Source: Microcoleus sp. (GTDB taxonomy: Bacteria > Cyanobacteriota > Cyanobacteriia > Cyanobacteriales > Microcoleaceae). From it: DNA of 64,000 nt. Every line of letters begins with the position of its first letter. The first letter of the stretch is position 1. The position numbers and the translations under genes were made by a program. The notes under the pieces were generated by a model, which saw only the letters and a program-made list of their open reading frames with translations, ran no database searches and was not told where the DNA came from. Location of the stretch: the NCBI GenBank assembly GCA_052279835.1, contig CP181291.1, positions 960,001-1,024,000 of the forward strand, in the 5' to 3' direction. Positions 1-9,473 of the stretch are shown here, one piece after another.

Positions 1-207
1 CAATTAGCATTTTCGCTGTCTCAAGAACGGGTAATTTTTACTCAAGATACAGATTTTTTAAGACTGCATCATGCGGGTTTGTCTCACGCGGGTATTGTTT
101 ACTGTCCGCAAACCAGTAAATCGATTGGGGAAATTTTGCAAGGATTAGTATTAATTTGGGAGGTACTGAATGCTGAAGAAATGAACGGTCGTTTGGAGTA
201 TTTGTAA
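1..207 (+). CDS. DUF5615 family PIN-like protein, 3' part (gene starts before the window)
   Basis: Manual translation QLAFSLSQERVIFTQDTDFLRLHHAGLSHAGIVYCPQ...EYL*; has the RVIFTxDxDF and HAGIVY motifs. Confidence 0.75.
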   Translation, partial: QLAFSLSQERVIFTQDTDFLRLHHAGLSHAGIVYCPQTSKSIGEILQGLVLIWEVLNAEEMNGRLEYL

Positions 208-223
208 AAATAGGCGATCGTAA

Positions 224-1591
224 TTAATTTTGACAGCAGGTTCTAACATATTCTCGAACAACAAGAGATAAATCAAACAATACTTTCTCTGCTTCTATTC
301 TGTTGATTAAATAACGTTGACGCAACGATCGCAACCCATTCATCAAGTCCGATGATGACAGAGATAAACTTTGGCTTAAATCTTCCCTTGACACAGGTAA
401 GTCAAATTTACTTAATTGTAAAAGAATCTCTTGTTCTGTGGGTGATAGCCGCTTGAATAATTCAGTCAACCGAGATTTCATATCCTTAGTGACAACTAAA
501 CTATCTTCTTTTAAAAAATCAGCAACTTTCCCCCCAAATATATTTTTAATTAAACTGGCAATATCTTTTAGATCAACGAAATTTCCTCCGTACATATCGC
601 TCAACTCCGCCCAGGAGTCATCATCTTTTAGTCCCCATTTTTTGAAGATTTCTGTATTGTCTAATCCTTGTAAATCTAAGCACTTAATAGGATATAAATC
701 CTCATCCAGACTAATCATTTCTTGACATTGTTCCTGACTTATTAAAATGAAGCTGCTTTGATGTTCTAGATTTGTCATCATTTTCAATAAATTTTGGAAA
801 TTTTTAGATTCCGTTTTGAACTCTCCTGCCAATTCTCCCTTAATAAATAATTCTTGGAAATCATCAACGATGATTAAACATCTTTGTTGACGCAAAAGAT
901 TGAAAAATTGAGTTAACTTATTATCGGTTTGAATAAGCTCATCATTAACACAGATTAAAATTTCATTAATAATGTTATCTAAAGATTGAGATAGTTTGAG
1001 ATTTTTCCAGATTACTACCTCAAAATGTGCTAAATTTAGGTCAACAAACTGTTTGACTAGGGTGGTTTTGCCAATTCCACTTAATCCTAAAACTGAGACT
1101 AGATGAACATTTTGGTCGATTAACCAGTGGGAGAGGGTTTGAAGTTCGGTTGTGCGATCGTAAAAGCTGGTGATTTTTGGGGCTAGGGTTAAATCACGAT
1201 ACAGAGATTTAGATTGATTTTCAGTTATATTCTCTTGATTGTCTTTGTTTGTATTATATAAAAATTCTCGATTAAAATTAAAATTGTAATTGCTACCGTT
1301 TACATGACAAATATTTTGATTTTGAGATGATTGTATATGCAGTCTTTGGAAGGTAGAGCGAAAATTGTACTTATTAACATCTTCGCCTAACTGTTTAGAT
1401 AAAATCTGCCATAGCTGACGCCCAACATTTCTAACACGACTTTCGCTGCGGTTACATTCATCAGCAATTTCATCATAGGTTTTTCCCTGATAAACCCCTG
1501 TAATTACGGATTTTTGCACATCATCCAAGTGTTTTCCTGTGTTAGTGAAAATCAACCTATCGGCACATTGTAAAACCTCTGTAACATTCAT
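224..1591 (-). CDS. N-terminal HTH + NB-ARC/STAND NTPase + C-terminal winged helix; no WD40/TPR sensor
   Basis: GKTYDEIADEC HTH; Walker A GLSGIGKT; Walker B LIIVDD; paralog of 43465..44850. Confidence 0.85.
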   Translation of the reverse strand: MNVTEVLQCADRLIFTNTGKHLDDVQKSVITGVYQGKTYDEIADECNRSESRVRNVGRQLWQILSKQLGEDVNKYNFRSTFQRLHIQSSQNQNICHVNGSNYNFNFNREFLYNTNKDNQENITENQSKSLYRDLTLAPKITSFYDRTTELQTLSHWLIDQNVHLVSVLGLSGIGKTTLVKQFVDLNLAHFEVVIWKNLKLSQSLDNIINEILICVNDELIQTDNKLTQFFNLLRQQRCLIIVDDFQELFIKGELAGEFKTESKNFQNLLKMMTNLEHQSSFILISQEQCQEMISLDEDLYPIKCLDLQGLDNTEIFKKWGLKDDDSWAELSDMYGGNFVDLKDIASLIKNIFGGKVADFLKEDSLVVTKDMKSRLTELFKRLSPTEQEILLQLSKFDLPVSREDLSQSLSLSSSDLMNGLRSLRQRYLINRIEAEKVLFDLSLVVREYVRTCCQN

Positions 1592-1777
1592 AAAATGTAT
1601 CCACAGTAAATTTATGACAATTATAGTATATTTTAAGATATTTAATTAATTTTTGTTAATTTTAGTTTGATTTTTATAAAAAAACACAAGATAAAATAAG
1701 ACATTTTAAGCTTGTGTTCGTTTATCAAAGTATGTATAGTGATTTTTATGATTTTGTTTTGAACAAGGCACTTCAGT

Positions 1778-2134
1778 ATGTCAATGCCTCAAAGAATGAC
1801 TGATGCTAATCTTAGATCGATTCCATCCGGTCTATCTGGCATTTATGCAATATACCATGATTTTGATGGAGAAATTGATACTGCTTATGTAGGAAGAGCC
1901 AAAGGGACACCCGGAAGTTGTATCAAGACAAGACTTCAAAAACATTTTAGTGGTAAAGATAAGCAGCGAATTGGAACTGTGATATCCAGCCACCAAGATG
2001 AGTTTTTCTTTTCTTATGAAGTGATTGAAAGTTATGAACAATTGAAGAGAATTGAAAAGTCAGAAATTGTGAATATCCTACCAGCGGGGAACGTCCAACG
2101 CAATTTCAAAATTGAAGATTTAGGTATAGAGTGA
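1778..2134 (+). CDS. GIY-YIG nuclease family protein
   Basis: SGIYAI...AYVGRA...IKTRLQKH...E...PAGN motif series. Confidence 0.8.
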   Translation: MSMPQRMTDANLRSIPSGLSGIYAIYHDFDGEIDTAYVGRAKGTPGSCIKTRLQKHFSGKDKQRIGTVISSHQDEFFFSYEVIESYEQLKRIEKSEIVNILPAGNVQRNFKIEDLGIE

Positions 2135-2213
2135 GCGAATTATAAATTTCACAAAATATCATATTGCTCAGACAAAATTCAACACAAGTTAGTGACAATA
2201 GAGGTAAAAGTTT

Positions 2214-2885
2214 ATGGTTGATGGTCAAATTTTTAAGTATGCAGTGGACTTGGTTATCTGTATTGATGGCACTGGTTCAATGGGTCATTTAATTGAAGAA
2301 GTTAAGTCACTCGCTCTCAAGTTTTACGATGAGTTAGAAGCTGAGATGAAAAAACTAGGTAAAAAAGCAGAGCAACTGAGAGCTAGGGTAATTGTATTTC
2401 GGGATTATTGGGCAGATTCACCCGATAAAGTGATGCAATGTTCTGAGTTTTTTGACTTGCGATCGCAGTCCTCCGATTTTGCTAATTTTGTCTCTCCAAT
2501 TAAAGCTGACGGTGGTGGGGATGAACCGGAAAATGGCTTAGAAGCATTGGGGTTAGCACTTAAGTCTAACTGGGAAAAAGGAGACTTTAGTAAGCAACGA
2601 TATGTCGTAGTTGTTTTTACAGATGCTAGCGCTCATAGTTTAGACAAAGGTCCTAAACCCAGTCACTATCCCAATGATATACCAAAAACTTTTGATGATT
2701 TGACAGATTACTGGCATGAAATGCCAACACCAGCCAAGCGTTTATTATTGTTTGCACCTGATGCAGATCCCTGGACAATGATGAGTAGCTGGGAAAATAC
2801 GATTCATTATGTTTCCGAAGCAGGTAGGGGATTAGAAAAAACAGAGATGGAGCAAATTTTAAATGCGATCGCCAAGAGTATATAA
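2214..2885 (+). CDS. vWA domain protein (TerY-like), copy 1
   Basis: MIDAS DLVICIDGTGSM, GGGDEPENGLEAL, VVVFTDA. Confidence 0.85.
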   Translation: MVDGQIFKYAVDLVICIDGTGSMGHLIEEVKSLALKFYDELEAEMKKLGKKAEQLRARVIVFRDYWADSPDKVMQCSEFFDLRSQSSDFANFVSPIKADGGGDEPENGLEALGLALKSNWEKGDFSKQRYVVVVFTDASAHSLDKGPKPSHYPNDIPKTFDDLTDYWHEMPTPAKRLLLFAPDADPWTMMSSWENTIHYVSEAGRGLEKTEMEQILNAIAKSI

Positions 2886-3100
2886 GTAGTCGGACATAAA
2901 TAAAGGCAGCCAAATCCGAAGTGAAGGTAGCCTCATAAAATGAAGCATTTGCAATTGGTTGAAATTGCCAAGCACAGTAGTAGGGTGTGTCAGATTTGTA
3001 AGTTAATGGTAAAAAAATAGCTTTACTTTCTGACCAACCCTAAACATCAAACTATCAGAGAAAGTTAAGTATAAGCAAGTGACAACGCAGGTAAAAGTCT

Positions 3101-3769
3101 ATGGTTGATGGTCAAAGTTTTAGGTGGGCAGTGGACTTGGTGATATGTATTGATGGGACAGCTTCAATGGGTTATTTGGAAGCAGTGAAGTCATCCGCTC
3201 TGAAGTTTTGCGATCAACTAGAAGTTAGTATGAAAAAAGGAGGTAAAAAAATAGATCAACTCAGAGCTAGGATAATTGTTTTTCGAGATTATTGGGCAAA
3301 TACAGCCGAACAGGCGATGCAATATTCTGAGTTTTTTGATTTGCGATCTCAATCCTCCGATTTTACTAATTATGTCTCTTCAATTAGATCTGAACCTGGG
3401 GGCGATGAACCAGAAAATGGTTTAGAAGCACTTGCTTTAGCGCTTAAGTCTAACTGGGAGAAAGGAGACTTTTTAAAGAAACGATATGTCGTAATTGTTT
3501 TCACCGATGCTAGTGCTCATAGTTTAGAAAAAATTCCTAAACCCAGTCATTATCCCAATGATATACCAAAAACTTTTGATGAATTGACCGACTTCTGGCA
3601 CGAAATGCCAGAAAGATCCAACCGTTTAATACTATTTGCACCTGATGTTGAACCCTGGACAATGATTAGTAGCTGGGAAAGTACAATTCATTATGTTTCC
3701 GAAGCAGGGCATGGATTAGAAGAAGGAGAAATGGATCAAATTATATTCGCGACTCACAGTGGGATATAA
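3101..3769 (+). CDS. vWA domain protein (TerY-like), copy 2
   Basis: DGTASM, GGDEPENGLEAL, IVFTDA; highly similar to 2214..2885. Confidence 0.85.
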   Translation: MVDGQSFRWAVDLVICIDGTASMGYLEAVKSSALKFCDQLEVSMKKGGKKIDQLRARIIVFRDYWANTAEQAMQYSEFFDLRSQSSDFTNYVSSIRSEPGGDEPENGLEALALALKSNWEKGDFLKKRYVVIVFTDASAHSLEKIPKPSHYPNDIPKTFDELTDFWHEMPERSNRLILFAPDVEPWTMISSWESTIHYVSEAGHGLEEGEMDQIIFATHSGI

Positions 3770-3867
3770 GTAGTTTGGTTAATTTGTAATTCAGGTTAAA
3801 TCATCAATCAAAAAACTAGGGTTAACTTAACCTTAAAAGTCCACCTAAAAAAATAATGAATTAAGTT

Positions 3868-5673
3868 ATGATCATGACTAAGTTGAATTTAGTAGTCAAT
3901 ATAGAAGTTGCCGAAGACAAAGGTGAAGATGCTAATCTATTTGATCGAGATTTTAGAGAAAATATTTTGATGGGGGTGTTTGACGGCTTAGGAGGTCGAT
4001 CGGCTGGTTATGGTGGCAAAACAGGGGGGCGCATTGCCTCAGAAGTCGCATCTCAACTCAGCAAAAAATTCTTTAAACAATGGAATGGTAAAATAACGCC
4101 TGAAAATGTCATTTTACTGCAACAAGAAATTTGCCGCTCACTGAAAATTCTAGCCGATACTAATATGTCGAGAACTTCATCTCGGCTAAAAGGTTCTTTA
4201 ATGGAACATAAACTTTGTACAACGATCGCCCTAGCTAGCATTCTCAAGCAACAAGGACAAGAAAAAATTTTTGAAGCTGACTTAGCTTGGATGGGAGATT
4301 CACGAATTTATTTTCTAAGTCCAACTAAAGGTTTACAACAATTAACTAAAGATGATTTAGTCACTCCCAAAGATGCCTTAGAAATGCTGAGACAAGATCC
4401 ACCCATGTCTCAATTTTTAACTGCCGATCTAAATCCGAGATGGCAAATTCATTATCAGCGTCATATCATAGAAGAACCGGGCTGTTTTTTAGCTTGTACT
4501 GACGGCTGTTTTCAGTATTTTTCTGCTCCTTGGGAATTTGAAAAGTTGTTAGTAGAAACACTATTGCAATCAATCGGTGATAAAATAACAGATAACAATT
4601 GGGATAAATTACTTTCCCAAAAATACACTCAAATCAAACAAGATGATGTTTCTTTAGTTCTATCTGTTGTAGGATTTTATAACATTAAGGAATTTAAAAA
4701 CTATTATCGCCAACGTTTGCAGTATCTCCAAGAAAACTTTATTTCTCCTACGGCTAATACTCCCTATGAGGATTTACAAAACCTGTGGGAAAAGTATCGA
4801 ATTAATTATGAACATTATTTGCCATTCATTCAGCATATTCAGCCAACCGCTAATTCTCAACCGCCAGTGTCAGAAGCGAAACCCTCCCCAGCCAGTTCAA
4901 CCAGTTCAAGTTTGAGTACAAATAAATTTCAAGAAATTACTCAATCATCTAAAGATAAAGCAACAGCTAATGCTGAAAAAATTAAAAGTTTGCTCGATAG
5001 GGCTAACTCTTGTTATGACAACTATCAACTAAAAGAAGCTCAAGATTGGTGTAATCAAGTTTTGGAGATTGATCCTCATCACAGTGAATGTAAATATCTT
5101 TTAGGATTGATTTATACTAAATCAGCTTTTTCGGAAAAACATTCTTATCAAAAACAAGCTTTATTCCAAAAAGCCGCTTTATATTGGGAAAATGAAGTTA
5201 TTAAAATTTATGGAAAGACACTTATAGATTCCTACCTAAATTTAGGTTCTATTTACTATAATTTGAGTGAATGGCAGAAAGCTGTTGACTATTATCGCAA
5301 ATATTTTAAACTTCTTCTTGAGGCTAAGGAAAAACTCCACGATTGGGAAAAATTCCACGATTGGGAAGAACACTTAGAAGCATTCGTTACATCTCTAAAT
5401 TTAATCAGTAATAAATATGAACCATCAAATGTAGCCATTCAGTTTTGTCAGTGTCTAGCCAACCTTTTTGCCGTAGGCAAAAAGGCTTACCCTTATTACT
5501 TTATGGCACTTTTACATGAAATAAGAGGAGAATCAAGTGCAGCATTCAATAATATTCAAAGAGCAATGAATATTTATGATAGATTGCACTCTACCGAATT
5601 TAACTATGAAAGCCGGCTAAAAGCGCAACAAAAGTATCGAGAAATTCAGAATAAATACTACTATAGCAGATAA
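3868..5673 (+). CDS. PP2C-family protein phosphatase with C-terminal TPR repeats
   Basis: GEDA, GVFDGLGG, WMGDSRIY, LTKDD, CTDG, QDDVS motifs; S/P-rich linker; TPR-like YLNLGSIYYNLSEWQKAVDYY. Confidence 0.85.
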   Translation: MIMTKLNLVVNIEVAEDKGEDANLFDRDFRENILMGVFDGLGGRSAGYGGKTGGRIASEVASQLSKKFFKQWNGKITPENVILLQQEICRSLKILADTNMSRTSSRLKGSLMEHKLCTTIALASILKQQGQEKIFEADLAWMGDSRIYFLSPTKGLQQLTKDDLVTPKDALEMLRQDPPMSQFLTADLNPRWQIHYQRHIIEEPGCFLACTDGCFQYFSAPWEFEKLLVETLLQSIGDKITDNNWDKLLSQKYTQIKQDDVSLVLSVVGFYNIKEFKNYYRQRLQYLQENFISPTANTPYEDLQNLWEKYRINYEHYLPFIQHIQPTANSQPPVSEAKPSPASSTSSSLSTNKFQEITQSSKDKATANAEKIKSLLDRANSCYDNYQLKEAQDWCNQVLEIDPHHSECKYLLGLIYTKSAFSEKHSYQKQALFQKAALYWENEVIKIYGKTLIDSYLNLGSIYYNLSEWQKAVDYYRKYFKLLLEAKEKLHDWEKFHDWEEHLEAFVTSLNLISNKYEPSNVAIQFCQCLANLFAVGKKAYPYYFMALLHEIRGESSAAFNNIQRAMNIYDRLHSTEFNYESRLKAQQKYREIQNKYYYSR

Positions 5674-5679
5674 TAACCT

Positions 5680-6684
5680 ATGTCTTACAAAGAAGGTGAT
5701 GTAATTACTGACAAATATCTAGTAACCCGTGACTTTGATAGTGCTAATGGGGGTCAATGCCAATGGGGTTTTGCTCTGAATATACACGATGGAAACGAAT
5801 ATTTTGTTAAAAAATTCCTCAGTCCAGTTTATCCAGGTGAAGATGCACCAGGAAGCGAAAAAGGAAAACAAAAGCGGCGCGATCAGTGTGATGAATTTGC
5901 GAGAAAACAGCTAGCTATTCAAACAGCACTATCCGCTTGTGGTGCAGGCGGATCGGTAGTAGTGATGGTGGACTTTTTTAAGTACGGTGACGATTATGGT
6001 AAACATTTCTTCAAAGTCTGCCAAAAAGTTGATACCAGTTCCTTATCAAAGGAGATACATACACTAGAGCCAAAAAAGCGTTTATTTGTGATGCTAACAG
6101 CAGCAGGCGCGCTGAAAATTTTACACTCAAATGGCATTGTCCATCTTGACTTGAAACCAGATAATGTGCTGATTCAAGAATGGGAAGGAAGGCAAGTTGC
6201 TAAAATTATTGATTTTGATAGTAGTATTCTTGAAGGAGAATTAATCGCGGCGGAGTTTTTAGTCGGCGATCCGGTATATTATTCCCCAGAATTTGCCAAA
6301 CATATTGCTACAGCAGGAAAGACACCTGCACCCACTAAAAAATCTGATATTTTTTCCCTGGGTTTGATTTTCAGTCAATATTGGACAGGTGATCGTCCGA
6401 TGTTATCAGAAAAGTATACTTATGCTCACGAAGCTATTCTGGATCGAAAAAAACTGGAATTACCGTCGATTAAAAATACAACTAAATTGCGCGGTACTCT
6501 CATTCGAGAAGATCCACTAGATACCGAAGTGCGTAAACTAATAGGAGAGATGTTAGCTTTAAACCATGAAGAAAGACCTGATATTAATCAAGTTCATCAA
6601 AGAATAAAGTATTATTATAATAATGGTGTTCCACCCAAAGATGGTAGAAATAAGCTAAGCATCAATCTGAAGCCCAAATTATGA
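5680..6684 (+). CDS. Ser/Thr protein kinase
   Basis: GGQCQWGF loop, FVKKF, HLDLKPDN, IIDFD, YSPE, SDIFSLG, ERP. Confidence 0.9.
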   Translation: MSYKEGDVITDKYLVTRDFDSANGGQCQWGFALNIHDGNEYFVKKFLSPVYPGEDAPGSEKGKQKRRDQCDEFARKQLAIQTALSACGAGGSVVVMVDFFKYGDDYGKHFFKVCQKVDTSSLSKEIHTLEPKKRLFVMLTAAGALKILHSNGIVHLDLKPDNVLIQEWEGRQVAKIIDFDSSILEGELIAAEFLVGDPVYYSPEFAKHIATAGKTPAPTKKSDIFSLGLIFSQYWTGDRPMLSEKYTYAHEAILDRKKLELPSIKNTTKLRGTLIREDPLDTEVRKLIGEMLALNHEERPDINQVHQRIKYYYNNGVPPKDGRNKLSINLKPKL

Positions 6685-6697
6685 AATTTTTGATTTT

Positions 6698-7276
6698 ATG
6701 AAAAAAACTTACCAGTGTAAAGGTTGTGGGAATGAAGTTGTTTCACTGATGAAGCCTTCAGAGTGTCAGGTTTGTACAGGACGAGAATGGACGAGATTAG
6801 CTACGAGTAAACCGATTGATTCAGGAGATGAAACTATGGCTATTGATAAAGATTTATTTTCTTCCTTTAAATTTCGATCTACAATCGAGGGTTATTGCCG
6901 AGATATTGGCTGGAAGATTTCTAGTATTGATAATGAAATAGCAGTAATTAAGTTTGATATGGAGTCTGGCAGCACACAAACTTTATTGATTGTCAAGTAC
7001 GATTCAACGCTTGAGTTTTCTTGTCCTAGCGGCTTAAAGTTTGACGATATAGATGATGTTCCCCACAATCTATCCACGTTTCTTCTGGGGAAAAATGCTG
7101 AATATAAACTTGGTTTTTGGGCTCTGCAAAAAATCGGTCGAAAACAAACTTTTTCAATTATCCATAACGCAGAAATGAGTTTAATAGATGTGAATTATTT
7201 CGGCAGGTTAGTAGTTAAGTTGATACAAGAATGTGATGATTTTGAAAGAAAAATTGAAGAATTACTCAATAATTAA
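6698..7276 (+). CDS. Zn-ribbon + YbjN/T3SS-chaperone-like domain protein (possible internal start at 6836)
   Basis: CKGC...CQVC; LLGKNAEYKLGFW and ECDDFE chaperone-like pattern; AGGAG upstream of ATG 6836. Confidence 0.5.
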   Translation: MKKTYQCKGCGNEVVSLMKPSECQVCTGREWTRLATSKPIDSGDETMAIDKDLFSSFKFRSTIEGYCRDIGWKISSIDNEIAVIKFDMESGSTQTLLIVKYDSTLEFSCPSGLKFDDIDDVPHNLSTFLLGKNAEYKLGFWALQKIGRKQTFSIIHNAEMSLIDVNYFGRLVVKLIQECDDFERKIEELLNN

Positions 7277-7402
7277 TTAATATGCGTTAGCGTAGTTATC
7301 CCTTAGTAATCTCTTTTTTGGACGTGGGGTGTTGGATGCTGAACGATCGCCCCTCCCCAACACCACTGCAACATCTCTGTTGTGGATGTATTTTTCAGAA
7401 CC

Positions 7403-7499
7403 AGGACTTACGCATGGGGCAAAAAACCCGGTTTCTCCGTCAATACTTATCGAAAAAGTGACGATTATTGGAAGAAACCGGGTTTTTTGTGTAAGCCCT
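7403..7499. repeat. Palindromic MITE/REP-like element
   Basis: ggacttacgca..aaaaaacccggtttct ... agaaaccgggttttttgtgtaagccct inverted arms; related element near 37962-38030. Confidence 0.6.
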
Positions 7500-7566
7500 A
7501 AGAACTATACTCTCCTGACTCTAAATAGGTGATGATAAGAATAGTACCTATTCAAAAGTTCTCTCA

Positions 7567-7977
7567 ATGACTTTTATCCCATCCGAAGCGTTTAAATCTA
7601 TTAGTTATCCCAGCCGCACCGTCAAAAGAGCCGATCGCGCGATCCGGTGCAGCCCATTTCAATTACACTTCTTCCAGACCATCCGCGATAACAGCGTTTT
7701 CCTAACTGCGATCGCCTCAAATTCCGGTGTCGAAAGCGGTTACACCCGATCGCCCGTAGCCGAACTCACAGCCGAAAACTCCCTGCTGTGGCTGATCCAA
7801 GTCGGCGTACTGCGGCGAGAAGTAGATGGACAAGGGATTACCGACAGTTTTCGCCTCACGCCCCTAGGCCGCCAACTCGTGGAAAAATGGGAACAGGAAG
7901 GAAATAAAGTGCCGGATGCTTCATTGTGCGATCGCCTGGGAAATGCCTTTAGCCGCGGGTTGGGACTGTTTCTATGA
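7567..7977 (+). CDS. Conserved cyanobacterial protein (Npun_F0494-like)
   Basis: WLIQVGVLRREVDGQGITDSFRLTPLGRQ signature. Confidence 0.75.
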   Translation: MTFIPSEAFKSISYPSRTVKRADRAIRCSPFQLHFFQTIRDNSVFLTAIASNSGVESGYTRSPVAELTAENSLLWLIQVGVLRREVDGQGITDSFRLTPLGRQLVEKWEQEGNKVPDASLCDRLGNAFSRGLGLFL

Positions 7978-7994
7978 GATTTTCTCGCTTGCCA

Positions 7995-8365
7995 CAGTCT
8001 GACAGATAGTCCGACAGTCCGACAATCCGACAGTCCGACAGTCCGACAGGGAATGAATTCCCTGTCTCATAGCGAAAGTCGGTTAAAACCGACTGCAAGT
8101 CTAAATTCAACTTGATATTGAGTTTCGCATAAAACCGACTGCAAGTCTAAATTCAACTTGATGTTGAGTTTGCCATTTCACGTAAATCAACCTCCTCAGT
8201 CCTCTTTCAGAGGACTTGCGCTATGAGACAGGGATTTCAATCCCTGTCGGACTGTCGGACTGTCGGACTGTCGGACTGTCGGACTGTCGGACTGTCGGAC
8301 TGTCGGACTGTCGGACTGTCGGACTGTCGGACTGTCGGACTGTCGGACTGTCGGACTGTCGGACT
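7995..8365. repeat. Inverted-repeat element with octamer arrays (CCGACAGT)n / (CTGTCGGA)n and an internal ~33-bp direct repeat
   Basis: Left ccgacagt x~5 + gggaatgaattccctgtctcatagcg; right cgctatgagacagggatttcaatccc + ctgtcgga x~15; aaaaccgactgcaagtctaaattcaacttgat occurs twice. Confidence 0.8.
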
Positions 8366-8492
8366 CGCCGTCAAACGAGTTCTACCCCTTAAATCCGTCA
8401 AGGGAAGGACGGGGTTTTAGACCCATTTTGTTGATAAATTAAATGCACGATCGCTTAACTAATACAAATTAAACTTAAATCAAATTAAAACA

Positions 8493-9056
8493 ATGGTTCA
8501 AACCCCGACTAAACCTTTGACTCTCGATGAATTTCTCCAACTGTCGGAAACCAAACCCGCCAGCGAATTCATCGACGATCAGATTATCCAGAAACCTATG
8601 CCCCAAGGAAAACACAGCACAATTCAAAGCGATTTGGGTACTGACATTAACCGGGTACTCAAATCGCAACGCATCGCCCGCGCCTATCCAGAATTGCGCT
8701 GCACCTTTGGCGGTCGATCGACTGTTCCCGATGTTAGTGTGTTTACTTGGGAACGGATTCCCCGCGACGACAACGGCGAAGTCGCCAACACCTTCGCCAT
8801 CGCCCCAGACTGGACGATTGAAATCCTGTCCCCAGATCAAAGTCAAACCAAAGTTGTCCGCAACATTCTTCACTGTCTCGCCCACGGAACCCAGATGGGC
8901 TGGTTGATTGACCCGGAAGAAGAACTGGTCTTTGTCTATTTTGCCGATCGCACCATAGCATTTTTTGAAGCAGCGGGCGATCGCCTCCCCGTTCCACCTT
9001 TCGCCGAATCCTTTAATCTAACTGTTGGTGAAATGTTCGGTTGGCTGAGTCAGTAG
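8493..9056 (+). CDS. Uma2 family PD-(D/E)xK endonuclease
   Basis: KPMPQGKHS, VPDVSVF, APDWTIEILSP. Confidence 0.9.
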   Translation: MVQTPTKPLTLDEFLQLSETKPASEFIDDQIIQKPMPQGKHSTIQSDLGTDINRVLKSQRIARAYPELRCTFGGRSTVPDVSVFTWERIPRDDNGEVANTFAIAPDWTIEILSPDQSQTKVVRNILHCLAHGTQMGWLIDPEEELVFVYFADRTIAFFEAAGDRLPVPPFAESFNLTVGEMFGWLSQ

Positions 9057-9326
9057 CGCCACCTGGATTTATGAATGATTTTTTAACCACAGAGGGCGCA
9101 GAGGGCGCAGAGGTAGAGAAGAGAGAGCTCTCTACGGATTTGCTTTGAGCGAATGTGCGTGCGATCGCCTATACTAGAATATCTGGCTGTCAGCTCTTCA
9201 AGGACGAGAGAGGACTAAATTCCTCAATACAAACTTAATTATGATTATTTAACCCGACTTGATAAGTAAGTCCATCTAACTAAACTTAAAATATCGATGG
9301 CTAAAAAACTTACTGTATAAGCACTG

Positions 9327-9440
9327 TTCCTTCTTCCTTCTTCGTGAATTTCCCCCTTGGGGGGGTTCTTCCTTCTTCCGTCTTCCTTCTTCCGTCTTCC
9401 TTCTTCCGTCTTCCTTCTTCCTTCTTCCTTCTTCCTTCTA
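9327..9440. repeat. Heptameric tandem repeat (TTCCTTC)n upstream of ileS
   Basis: Visible tandem units. Confidence 0.75.
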
Positions 9441-9473
9441 CTAACAACTAACTACAGAAAACGTTTCTCAAAA

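Noticed and set aside
7329..7532. 67-aa ORF after the kinase cluster
   Set aside because: Runs through a palindromic repeat element; no coding signature
8223..8420. ORF with repeated TVGLSDCR
   Set aside because: Translation of the CTGTCGGA microsatellite, not a plausible gene
9357..9473. N-terminal extension of IleRS in the ORF track
   Set aside because: Made of TTCCTTC repeats; the likely start is ATG 9474
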